The notes under the pieces: generated by a model
Databases searched by the model: none
What the model saw: the letters and a program-made list of their open reading frames with translations, nothing else
Told to the model about the DNA's origin: nothing
Shown here: positions 1-12,370 of the stretch, piece after piece
How positions within the stretch are numbered: the first letter of the stretch is position 1
Layout: each line of letters starts with the position of its first letter
Position numbers and translations under genes: made by a program
Assembly: GCA_002633005.1 (NCBI GenBank)
Contig: NMRA01000356.1
Span: 200,167-264,166 of the forward strand
Origin: Phoronis australis
Lineage: Eukaryota; Animalia; Phoronida
Direction of reading: 5' to 3'
Length of the DNA: 64,000 bases

Positions 1-164
1 AGTACCTGACCTAGTGAATAGAGTCACTCCTTTGATGACCAGTCCACTAGTCAGAATGGAATGTGGATAATACTTAGTTGGGTTCTCCAAGTCACATTAG
101 AGAAATTCAAAAGTTTTCCCCAAATCAATTCTTATCTGATTTAAAGGGAATATTGACTGAGTGC

Positions 165-476
165 AGTTCTGCAGATTGATATTATAGTTGTTATAGCTGT
201 GGGTCCTAGTACTGCAGTTTGATATTAGAGTTGTCCTGCGCAGTTGTGGGTCTTAGTTCTGTCGTTGGTTATTGTACTTGTCTGAGAAGCTGTGAGTCCT
301 AGTTTTGCACTTAGATATTAGAGTTGTCCCGAGTCGATGTGGATCCTAGTTCTGTTGTTTGATATTTGAGTTGAACCAAGCAACTGTCGATTTTAGTTCT
401 ACAATTTCATATTAGAGTTGCCCTGAACAGACCTGGGCCCTTTTTCTGCAGTTTGTTACTAGAATTGTCCTGAGCA
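165..476. repeat. Degenerate minisatellite, ~47-bp unit, ~6-7 copies
   Basis: Consensus ~GCTGTGGGTCCTAGTTCTGCAGTTTGATATTAGAGTTGTCCTGAGCA; the TGTGGGTCC-like anchor recurs at ~199, 245, 291, 338, 385 and 433. Confidence 0.85.
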
Positions 477-507
477 TGTATGATGAAAATGACTATCATT
501 CTGGAAC

Positions 508-600
508 AATAATAATATTACTACTAGTAACAATAAAGATAAAAAATAATAATAGTAATAATGATAATTATAATATTGAAATGATAATGATCATAATCAA
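508..600. repeat. Degenerate (AAT)n low-complexity tract
   Basis: aataataat/aatgataat runs. Confidence 0.75.
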
Positions 601-2069
601 AGTACATTGTTTGTGATACTACGACACTGGTGCTAGTAGTAATAACAGTTAAGTTAATGATTACGATGATCTAATAATTTACCCAATTGTGGCTATGAAT
701 ATTGAATATTGTAACAGTGTCACTGAGTACTATCTCTGAGTGTCAATTAATATCATTCTTCTGTCACTTCACCAATCTTCCTTAGTACAACTGACATCAC
801 ACTTATATGTGACTTTTTAAGTAATGATAAATTCAAGGTGTATAGGTGTCTATTGCATGACTGTCATGTAGGAAACAAAACTTTGTAAATCTACTTGTTT
901 TTGTGTTAGAAAATGTCACTCAGCAAGCATTCACTCAGCCACAAATCAGGATTTTATCATTTTTTGGAAAATGAGACTGTGTTTGTGTATAATTAATTTT
1001 CTTTTGAGTCGAGGCATACAAATGATTTTTGTTCGATGGAATTTTATTTTTATTTTTAATTGTTTTTGTTACTGTTTTACTAAATTTTTTAGTTATGTTG
1101 GACTTTATTGATAAGTATGTTCATTCAGCCAGATATGTATGAATTTGAACTCTTGAAAAGTTTATATTTTTTAAAAGTAGAATTTGACTTTTTACCAGTC
1201 TGCCAGTAATTGGGTCGTGTGACCATGCCTTTTTGGTAAAATTTAGGAAAAAACAAATGGTAAATTGATAGAAAAACAACACTGTCAACGACGTGGTCAC
1301 ATTTCATGTGAGCAACTGAAAGCTTGTTATAGCCTGAAACCAAGGCTCTGTTTCATTAAACTATTTTAGTCTTAACTTGGACCAAAATAAAAATGCTGAC
1401 ATTCTGTCACATTTCACGTTGCGCTTAGTGACCAATGCTGTTGAAGTCACGCCAATAATGAAACTTGAGACTTAAACTTTGATGAAATGGAGCTCAGGCT
1501 CTGTCACGACATGTCGTTTCATTTTCTGAGTATCAAGGAATTACAAACTTCCAGATCTTTGCAAGACCAATAGTCACTTCCCATTTTAGTTCAGAACAAA
1601 TTGAGATAAATTTTGCAGTAAGTGGTTTAAATCGAAAGTTCCCATCTTAGTCACGGATTAATTGTTTCACGCCACTTTAATGGTTGAAAAAGCACTTTTA
1701 TTTTTGTTGCCATCTACCTAGCCATTAAAAGGTCACATTTCTTAAAAAACAGGGCCTGTGTTTCATTTCCGTCTTGACTCAGTAGGAGCCTTTTGTGTTC
1801 TGGTCCTCAGTTCAGTGTTAAATCAATATTGTTGTAAGCAATGGAGAAGGGATAACAACAGTGGGGCATCCAAAGATTTTATTTCAAAGTTGTTTACAAC
1901 ACTATAGCATGAAATGTTAATGAATTTTCTTTGACATGCTGTTGAAGTTTGTGTAGATGAAAGAATTTGTCACTAATTTGCACATTTGGAAGGTTGTTAT
2001 AGCCTGCAAAACTGTTGTGCGATGGCCACTTAGTGTGTCGTCAACTTGTTCGAAACAGTTTCATTCTGT

Positions 2070-2380
2070 ACAAGACAAAAGTAATCAGACAATACAGCTG
2101 CAGTACCAGGCAAAATTAATCAGACAAAATATTGTTTTCCAGTCATGATGTCTATTTCTGTTAACAGCAAAAATGACTGGTACAGCTATAAGAATGACGG
2201 GTATAGCTATAAGAATGACTGGTATAGCTATAAGAATGATTGGTATAGCTATAAGAATGACAAAATTTTAATAACAGAATAGCTTTGCCACCTTTCTAAC
2301 TTTCCTGTTGATTCACCGTCATAACAAGGAATTCTGGGTCATTTTCTCAGAATAATTTTGGCTTGCATGACTGTAATTGA
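2070..2380 (+). repeat. Old dispersed repeat, copy A (copy B at ~12105-12370)
   Basis: Shared collinear blocks TAATCAGACAAAATA, GCCACCTT.CTAACTTTCCTGTT and ATTCTGGGTCATTTT in both places. Confidence 0.7.
2172..2261. repeat. 21-bp tandem repeat x4 (GAATGACTGGTATAGCTATAA)
   Basis: Four near-identical adjacent units. Confidence 0.92.
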
Positions 2381-3705
2381 CTAATAAAAAGTCATAAGGC
2401 TGCACTCCAGCAGGAAATGGTTAATTTCTTTAAGTTGCTCCTCTCAGTTTGAAATTTGCGAATTGATTTTAACTTTTTTGTCTCAAAATATGTGCTGTCT
2501 AGAGTTAATTTCCACAAACTGTTACATGCAGACAGAACACTGCCCAAACCTTTTTCAGCCACACGATGTTTCTGTCCTCTTCAATTAAAGGGAGCTTTAC
2601 TCCTGACTGTGGGGAAAATATAACATTCTTAAATTATTTTAATCTGATATTTGTAGGTTAATTACTCTGACTTTGTGTTTGATCACTAGCTAATTGGTAG
2701 TGCCATTTTCTATTTAGTCGACCTAAGTTTACCAGTAACACGTTCTCATTTTACTTTCTCAATTTTATCTTTGGAATGTTGCCTTAAAGTGTTGCCGCTT
2801 GCCAGGTTTAAAGTAGCACTTACATGATTTTCATCACCATTTTTGCTAATCGAGAGTCGCTCCAAGTTGTTGTGTGTCTAAATGTTGCGAGGACATAATT
2901 GTATTAGTTGAGCTCATGTGACACTGGCAAACCAAGGAGATTCTATTATTATGTACTGCATACACCAGGTCACACGTGTCACATGAATTTTGTTTTTTGC
3001 TAAAATCTTTGAATTATATTTCAAAACTCTGAAATCTTGGCAAGGAAAATTGTCCAAAATTACCAATTATGTAACATGGTAGCAAATAGACAGGTATTAT
3101 TTTAGTCATCACTAAGGTGTGTTATAAGATGGGATATTGTTGTTCCATAGCAAAATTATTCTCAGTCTAGAATGTACTGGTCAGTGCCTTCATAAAAATA
3201 CCCTATCACAGAAAAATACACAAAATTATCAGACATGTCTAACATGTTGGATGTCTTCACTTAATGACTCCTTGCTGTTTTCCTTAGTTTGTCTTCATTA
3301 TGGCTGCCTTCATTATGTACACAAGAAAATGACGAAATGAACATAGTGACCTATTTGACTTCTCCATTAATTTTCTTCAGAAGTTTAATGCATTCAACAC
3401 AATTCATCTTTCAATTGTGGTTGTGATTGTATTGCCTTATCCTTTAATTTGATAATAGATGTCGCTACAGTCACCCACCATGGCCTGGTTCTTTCAGTGG
3501 ACCTTTTAGCACAGGCCACAGTTGCTAGGCTCTTATTAGAATGCTGAGGACAATATCAATATATGTTACATAATCGTTGACAAAGTTCTTGATACATATC
3601 ATATGGGATTAAATGGCTTAGTGCACTAATCTGGAAGTCTCCAGATTTCATGCTTTGTGTAGGAGTCACTGGTGTCATAAGACTTCACTTCATCTGAAGA
3701 ATAAG

Positions 3706-3943
3706 CAGGGCCTGGAATTTTCCTCTTTTAGAGAATTTTCTCTTTTTTGGTTTCGATTTCTTCGTATTTGATTTCCAGTTTCCATTTTTTTGTGCATTTT
3801 TTGTCATTATTTTGCAAAAACATTCATTTCAGTTAATTTTCTCAACACAAAAAATACTTTTATCTCACAAGCCTATTTATTTGTGGAATGATTCCTCACC
3901 TGGAAAGTTTCCTCTTTTTTGTCATTGGTCATTCCCAGCCCTA
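3706..3943. mobile_element. Non-autonomous hAT-type MITE, 238 bp
   Basis: Imperfect TIRs CAGGGCCTGGAAT ... ATTCCCAGCCCTA; 8-bp TSD AGAATAAG at 3698-3705 and 3944-3951. Confidence 0.8.
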
Positions 3944-6800
3944 AGAATAAGGGAGCATATAGACTCCTGCATTCTTCTCTTGGTGCAAGAGAAATTATGA
4001 CTGTCTGATTATAATAGGCTCAACTTGCTGTGTATATTGGCCTGGAAGATTTGCTATTAGTTCATCATGATACCTTTCAATGCAACAATGCCTTGATTTA
4101 AACCTCCTACTAGTATGAAATTGCTTCAGTTTGTTCCTCAGTTATACCTCATGTGATATGGGTTTGGAAAGAACTGACATTTTGTTATTTCCTTGAGACA
4201 AGGCTTTACAGGTCGGCTTGTCACTACATGTCAGTTTATGTGTTGAGCATAGTTTCAAGGACTAACAGCCTGTCTGAGTTCTTTTACAAATCCAAAAATC
4301 CACGATTTCCTATCTTGGTAAGGAACAAGCTGAGATGAGTTTTAATGCGGTGAATAATCTAAATCAAAAGTTCATTTTCTTGGACGGAACACTAGCTTAA
4401 AGCGTTTTGAAAGTTTTTATAGTGCAGTGCTGGTACACAATTGTCAGCATTCAAAAAATAAAAAGACGGGACCATTGATCTGGATCTAGAATACCGAAAA
4501 GGAAAAATACTGTCACAATGCTACATCATGGCGACGACAGAGTTTTTCAGTTATGCCTTGTGAATTAGAATGGGGATACGGGGGTGTTTAGTATATAAAG
4601 CTTTTAAATTACGTCAAAATGGTGTGATTGTGTAAATATCATGTGTCAAAATGCGGTGATTTTTGAAGCAGATCAAAAAAATGGGGCAATTGACAGGCTT
4701 TGCTTACATTAGTTGTTGCCAAGACATACACCATAGAAATTCTAAATAAAAATTGAAAAAAATATTTTTTATCCGTAACAATTTTTCAGGACTCCTTGGT
4801 TTGATGGGGTTAAGTCCTGATCACACTGCTTGGTGTAACAATGCCAAGCATGTTGAATTACCAAACAATTTGTTACTGGTAAAATAACTGCTTTGATTGT
4901 TTATTACACCAGTTTGTTTGAGCCTGTGTATCCTGTTGGACACCTGCAAGGGAAAACACCCTTCTTTTCCCTGGCATGTGTCACCCTGTTTAGAATAGGA
5001 CAAACCTGTGAAGTTTCAAGAGTGAGAAATTGCAGCCTCCCATTGGGTTTTTTGTTAATACAAGCAAACCCAGTGCCTTGAAACTGATCAGTAAACACGA
5101 GGATGTTTTTTTTAAGTGATCTTCTTTGCTCACTGTTGTAAATGAATTAAATGCTGTATTCCGGTTCTCATATTTCAATTATGAGTGCTTCTGCTTGGCG
5201 TGTGGTTTTGGTCGGGCAAAGGATATCTATGAGCTGGTTTTAATTGTGACTGTGTGCGTAAGTGCGGAAGACATGATATCATTTTTTGAGCGAGAGACAG
5301 TGTCCAGATGGAGCTGTCGGAATGTGTTGTTCCGTCACATCAAACACTGCACACTGTGCCCCGGAGTACTTGACACCTGGTCATTTTTTCGAGGGAAGTT
5401 GTCGGAAATATCACGTGACGCTGCCTAATTCACAGATACATGACACTGCGTGTGGTGATGATCAGAGCCCAGCACCATGTGTCTTTGCAGTCTGCTTTAT
5501 GAAATATTACATGACACATCTCCGTTAAGTGCAGATATTCTTCTTTAAATTACAGAGTCATTCAGAAAGCTGAAGTATATGAGAAGAAGATTATTTTAGA
5601 TTGCATGTTTTGCAAGGTCCATGCACAGCTCTAAATGCCTGAAAACCCAGCATTTCCCTACAATTATAAATGAAGATGCTTGTAAGGTGCTCACTAGTTG
5701 CCAAACAATGCAATTGTTTCTAAAGTGCTTAGGATCACAGGGATTTCTAACATCTTTACTGCTTGAAGAAACTTCAAATATTTTTGTGATTTCATTATGC
5801 TCAAACTCACCGCTCACCCCCTTAGTCACCATAGAATGCCAACGAGTTTCTTTAAAGTTGGTCTTGATAAAGCCTTAGTTTGTAGTGTTACTACTATGGA
5901 GGAGTTTGTAGCAAAATTGAAGCATAAAAGGGAGGAGGTGTGGTGTATCTCAAGTGTTGACTTCCTAATTCGTTTTGACAATGGTTGACCAGATTTGCCA
6001 GATGTGTTATTACATATAGCTGACTAGTCTCTGTTTAATGACTCCTTACACTGGGAATTTGCTGTTTGCATGTACAGTCTAACACTTTACAGGAGTCTGG
6101 TCTGGCATCTTTCACTGTCTGCTCATTTATTTTCAGTGTATTATGTGAGCTATTTTAAAAGATGAGCACTGGGTTTTGTTTGTATTGGTCCACTCAGTGA
6201 GCCTGGTGCTCCTGCGTCACAAATTGTGTCTGAGTGCCTCTGCACCCTGAAGGCTGTGATGAAGCGTGTCATCAACACAAATGAGGTGGAGAACACTTAC
6301 TCTGCACTGTCAGGTTCTGGATTCTGAAAACATGTTGCTCCTGTCAAGTGTCTAGCAGGTCACTGTTTAAGTTTGTTAGCCTACACAAAATCATTCTCTA
6401 ATGAAGGTTGGGATACATATGATTTTATTGTTGTTATTGCAGGCTGGGACCTTGTCAACTGATACACTGATAACAACAGGTTATAATTAGAAACACTGTT
6501 AAGGGTGGTATCTTTTTGAAATTATTTGAAATTAAATTCTCACTCATTCAATATTCATTTTACGCAAGTTAAAAAATACATTGTAGATCTATAAAAATTA
6601 CCTGTATTTTAATGGGTAATACTAACTTTTCCAAGCTTGTGAGACCAGGGACATGTTCTGTAGACCAGAGGTGTGTTCCGTAGACCAGGGGATTGTTCCG
6701 TAAATGCAAGACACTCATGAGGCATTTGAGGCAAGAAATCTTGGCTCGTATAATGAAAACAGTAAATTCTATCCCATAATTCAACATTTCAGCTTCACCA

Positions 6801-6858
6801 ACCAATCACCTCTGTGTGGTCATTCAGCCTCACTGACCAATCACCTCTGTGTGGTCAC
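6801..6858. repeat. 35-bp-period tandem duplication
   Basis: ACCAATCACCTCTGTGTGGTCA at 6801 and 6836. Confidence 0.8.
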
Positions 6859-7407
6859 GTATTTGCAAACCCTCACCTTCCACTTAACTGATTCTACATA
6901 GTCTTGCATGGTCCTGCATTTTCGTAGGTTTCTTGCATCTATTAATGCACTCGTGGCAGTGAGTGTGCGGCCATCTTGAGTTTAACAAGAGTGAATATTG
7001 CACAGAAATTTGTCTCACTAACTACGAGCTACCACCAGAAAATGTCAAAACTGAAGAAAGTTCATAGTTGCCAATGTAACATAGCTGATAATTTCTCAAA
7101 GCAATGCTAACACACAGATGCTGTTTTTCAATATTCTTCCAACACTGGATGAACAAAAGTATTTCCTAATCTTTCTTTGATATATCAACAGACACAGTCG
7201 TAATTTGTTAGAAGTTTTAGTGTGTACAGAAACTGAAAGGATTATATAAGTTTTGTCATTTGTTTTCATGTTATTTTTTACATTTCAAAAGTATTAATAT
7301 AGTATTAATTGCTCTTAGTATTTGTTGTATTACAGCCACTCTGGTATCAGTACAGATGTGGTTAGGAAAACTGTTGTTTCATATAAACACACTCATCATA
7401 ATCGCGT

Positions 7408-7490
7408 AAATACAGGGGTGTCCCTCAGTGATGGCATCAATAAAGGGGTGTCCTTCAGTAATAGCAATACTACAGGGGTGTCCCTCAAAA
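7408..7490. repeat. 30-bp-period tandem repeat x3
   Basis: TA(C/A)AGGGGTGTCC(C/T)TCA at 7411, 7441 and 7471. Confidence 0.8.
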
Positions 7491-10199
7491 TGTACTCATT
7501 GTTCTGCATTGTTTATTGATGTAATAGAAACAAGATCACTGGTTTAAATTCATAAAGGGGTGGTCAACAAGCAATCAAGCCTTTAAATCATTAAATGCGT
7601 TGTTGATCATCTTGAGTGGAAGATTAGTTATTGCCTTTGCTCTTTTGAGGGTTTTTTAGTTTCCAATATCATTGCGCCATAAATTTTTGTTCTCCAAAAC
7701 TCAGTCGGCAAAGCAAAGTGTAACCATACAGTAGGTCGGGGTGCCAAGTCTGATTCACAGGAACTGAATTTGAACTCCTGGCTTTGTACAGATGTTTGCG
7801 TACATTTTTGGACACCTATTTATACCTTCTTTCTATTAATCTATTTTCAAAAGAAAATGTAGTATCAGCTCGATTTCTTGTCATAATTATCCGCAATGTT
7901 TGTGAGAAAAGGCCCTGTGAGTATATTTTTCTTTTCTCAAGTTGAGTACTCTGCTCCTGTGGAAGGTGGTCCCTTGTATCACCAAAACAGAGTCTTAAAT
8001 TCCAGTTTGGTTCGTCATATTCCGCCTTATTTTTTCAACCCCACAAAAATGTTCATTAGCCCAGTGTGCTGAGTGGACCGCTTTGTGATCGGATATTGCT
8101 TAAAAGGTGAGAGTCCAGGGGAGTTATTGTCAGCTGTAATTGGCTCAGAATTTTGTCGTTAAGTTTCTTCCCCAAATGTGGGCTAATTGAATTAACTCTA
8201 CTGTGCCTTAATCATATGCTTTTTGGAATTGCACTCTCGGGTTTTAGGCTTTTTGCGTGGTAAAACAAAAAACCTATTGTTTGATGATTTTTGTTCTTAA
8301 TTTAATTAGTATTAGATTTTTTTTAATTGCTGAAATATTTTGAGGCATTTTAATTACTTTGGAACAGGTATCAAATTTCCCAGTAAAATAAACTTAAAGG
8401 ATTCACGTAGCAAAACAAAGTAGTTCTGGGATTTGTTTTTTAAATATGTTTGAAATGTCTACTGTTCCACTCTCATGTATGAGGCAGTAGAATTACACAT
8501 ATCCTGTCTCTTTTTAATTTGTGTTGTATACAAATTGTGTTTTTGTTAAAAAGTAATGGCTTGAACTTGACATTGTCAATTTTATCTTGCATTCCACCTA
8601 ACCAGTCTCTCAATGGGAGATAACTCCAAAAACATGGCGCTGTCTATAACAAGTGCATCACCTGTGCTTCGTGTTAAATACAATCCTCTCGATATGACCA
8701 CATACTCATCTTCCTAAACACTTGTCTGCGATTAGGATGATTTAATAATTATCTTAAATGGGAACAATTTGACAACAATGTTTAATAGTTCTATGATTTT
8801 TGTAATTGCTTGTTTGGCTGGGTTTTCTGTTCACTTACTGCATGTCTCCCCAGCTTCTCCTTTGTATGACTGATCAGTTGTTGGAAAGTAATGAGTGGAA
8901 AATTGTGGGAATTATGACATTGTGTTAATACAGGCTCTACCAATACAGCCAATTTGAGGAGTGATGTAAGGCTAATTTCAAGGTAGCTAGACATGGCCAC
9001 TGAAAAGGTCTCCTGTTTGTCTACCTGAATGCCAATATTTAAAGCTGTACTTGTTTCCACTTAGTGCCTAAAAATGAAATGAAGGAATGTGTTAATTAAG
9101 CGTATAAAACTTGACCCAAAACTTCCTTTTTCCTATTAGCATGGGTTTCAACATTCAGTTGGAATTGAGAGATAACCTGCAATCGAATTGGAGAGGTCAA
9201 ATTTTGGAAGGGCTGGTCAGCCCTGTGTTTTGAGATTGACATAACTTTCTTAATATCCTAGCGTTATCAGCAAAATTTGAGGTAAGTGGCCTAATTTTGA
9301 TTTGATTTTTGGATTGCTTTAATTGGTATAAAGCATGTATGAGAAATTAATGAATATTTAAAATAAATCTCTTTCAATGAGAAAAAAGTAAGTGACTTTT
9401 GATGTATTGAATTTTTGATGGAAATCTCAAAATCTGTTTAAACATTGACAATAATGTATACTAAGCTTCCATTTCCTTTTCCACCATTCTTAGGTCCATA
9501 TTTTCATTGGTGCCTTGTGACATTACCACTATACACAAGTGTGGGCATGATTACTAATCCTGCTTCCAGTTCAGTAATCGTTCAAATGATTAATCCCTAG
9601 TTATTGTTTACATAAAGCTGCAATATTATAAACTGCTAGACATAGCTTGAGTATGGGAACTTTGATAAGGTATTATCTGTGCTGCCTGTCTTTTGATTAG
9701 GCGACGTTTTGACAGGCAAATCCCTTTGGTTCTACCCAGCTGTAATAGACATGTAATTCCAGCTCCTCTCATTGTGTTTTGAAACAATTTGAGAAGATGA
9801 TTACCTTAAATGGAGGATGTGTTTCTAAAATGACTGTTCTGTTGTCAAACTTGACAATTACCGGGCTCATAGCTATCGAATTGGGTGGGATGTTTGGCTG
9901 GGAGAATTGAGTTGTGTAGGCGTGCTCAGCACCGGTGTGTTGAGTCACAGCTTGTCACCCTGTTGGTGTGACTGCGTTTGTTATGTGTTTTGTTTCCAGT
10001 TTTTTGTTGTAATGAATCATGATGTTCAAAATGTAAATGATGCTGCTTTTCGATTTTACAAAAAATATTACAAACCAATTGTGAGACGACAGTCTGTGTT
10101 CAACTCATCTTTGAAACCATCTGAAATTTCTTGTTAGTCTGTGTGCTATTTGTCCTAAACTTCTAATACGAGTGCTGCAACATTAGTATTTACAATCGT

Positions 10200-10285
10200 A
10201 ATAATAACGATAACAATAACAACAGCAATAACAGTAATAATGATAATAATAATAATAATAGTAATTATAATAATAGTAATAACAA
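10200..10285. repeat. (AAT/AAC)n microsatellite
   Basis: aataacaataacaac...aataataataat. Confidence 0.85.
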
Positions 10286-12104
10286 TGCTCCCCTGTCATT
10301 TGACATGGGTAAGCTAAAGAGGACTCTTAATGCTTTACAGGTGCGTCACATGATTTTGTTAAGCTGTAAGGAATAAAAGCCATCAATTTAATTTTTGGGT
10401 TATCTTCAGTATTTTCTGTTGTTACAAGTGCGACCAGCTTGACATTAATATTCCAGTAGATGTTTTGTACCATTCTATTCAGGTTCAGTGATTTCTGGAC
10501 TGTTTTCACCCACCCCAAGGAATTCACAGGAATGGACCACAAAAATTTGGAAAATGGGTCCCAGTGTTTGGAGGTGTAGGAAAAACACTAAGAACTGTTA
10601 TAACAATAACAGCGAATAATATTTTTAAAAAGAAGTGTAGCAAATACTGTAATAATTATAACAACAACAATTACAAAAAGAAGACGTTAAAGAAGAGAGT
10701 GCAGGTGATGATAACTGTGACAGTAATAGAGATATTAAAAATAAAAGCATTAATAATAACAGGAAATTACTTACAGCCAGGAGCTTTAAGTTGCTGAATC
10801 CTTGTTTTTTATCCTTTTTGATTGGTTTGAATTATTTGGAATTGAAAATAGTTAAGATTAGTTTTCACATAGCTTTTAATTTTTCCACAAACACGTTGAG
10901 GCACTATTTCTGGGAACTTGTATTATTTCCTTTTTTGTTATACACGTGTCTTAGATAATGTTTTGTATCTGGATTACATTAAAGCCACTGAAGTATACAA
11001 AAGGTTTTCTGAAATGAAAAGTGAATATCAACATTTGGTCAAAATTTTTAAACAATTTCATCAACAAGTATTTATTCCAAAATGTAACATCGTCACATGT
11101 AACTTGAATTTTGTGTCTTAATAGTGCCTCATGCATTGTAAACTAAAAAAAGATTGAAATTATTTAGACAAGATGGAATTTCAATTATTTATCAGCCTTG
11201 TTTAATGTAACTCCTGCCCAATAATGGTGTTTAATCACCCACAGTGAACTTTTTGGCCAGCTTTTATTATGCCCAATAAAATCCATGACATGTTTCTGCC
11301 AACTATTTTTCATTTACTATTGTGCTGTTGTCAACGATAAGAATATTTTCACGTCTTGTGTGTGATATATAGAACATTTGCTTGTTTAAAATACAAAGTT
11401 GTGTCCAAAGTTTAATACCCGTTGTTGATGTCATTGCCACCTGGGTGTTAAACCTTTAGGTATTGGTAGGTGTATGGAAAGGGTGATATTACTTAGGCTT
11501 GTACATTACATTTAGAAGGTATCTGACGTTAAAGTTATCGGTCAGTTAATGCTCTGCCTATGTTTCATTTAAATAAAATTTTATATTATAAAGAATTGAC
11601 TATATATTCAGACACTCAATGACATAATATGCATTCCAGCAGTATAGTTGCCAACTGTACTGCTTTTTTGAAGCTCAGTCCATATCAAAGTGTATTGCCT
11701 ACCAACACATGCTACAATTTTCCCATACCATATGCCTGTACTTCTTGATTCCATCCCGTAGGCATGACTAAAAAAAGCTCTCGGCATATTGTTTCTGTGT
11801 GGTACGGTGGACACTTTTGTTTGTGGTATGGCCTAGATCCGGATGTCCTGCTTTTTCGTTTTGGAATGTTGTCAAATATGCGGTAAAATGGCAAATGAAC
11901 AAAATGTAAAAATATTAAGGCAGACTCAACTCAATCTTTGCAGTAATTTGTGCTTTTTGAACTGACCAAAGCTGCTCAAAACACCTAAGTATATTAGTAT
12001 TTTTTAAAAGAAATTTTATGATATGTTTACTAGGTTTTTACTGATATAACGGCATTAGACAATTTTTCATACTTAAACTGTATATGACAAAATTTTATGG
12101 AAAC

Positions 12105-12370
12105 ACAGCACAGGACAAAAATAATCAGACAAAATACCATTTTCCTATCACAAAGTCTTAATTTTGTTATTATCAAAAATTACTGGTAATATGTATTCAG
12201 CGGCAAATTTCTAATTTAAAAGGGTTTAGCCACCTTACTAACTTTCCTGTTATTGTCCTTCATTCTCAGCAAGAGAAGATGACTCTGAAGATGAATTGGG
12301 CTTCTGCCCAGCCGTTCATGAGGGGGCATTCTGGGTCATTTTGTATGAATACTTTTGGTTTGTACTGTAA
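12105..12370 (+). repeat. Old dispersed repeat, copy B
   Basis: Collinear similarity to 2070-2380. Confidence 0.7.

Noticed and set aside
1343-1494. Possible Harbinger-type MITE (GCTCTGTTTCATTAAA / TTTGATGAAATGGAGC)
   Set aside because: TIRs are degenerate and there is no clear TSD
8904-8923. LWE(I)MTL-like kinase subdomain IX fragment
   Set aside because: Needs a frameshift, lacks the preceding WSFG, and is followed by stops
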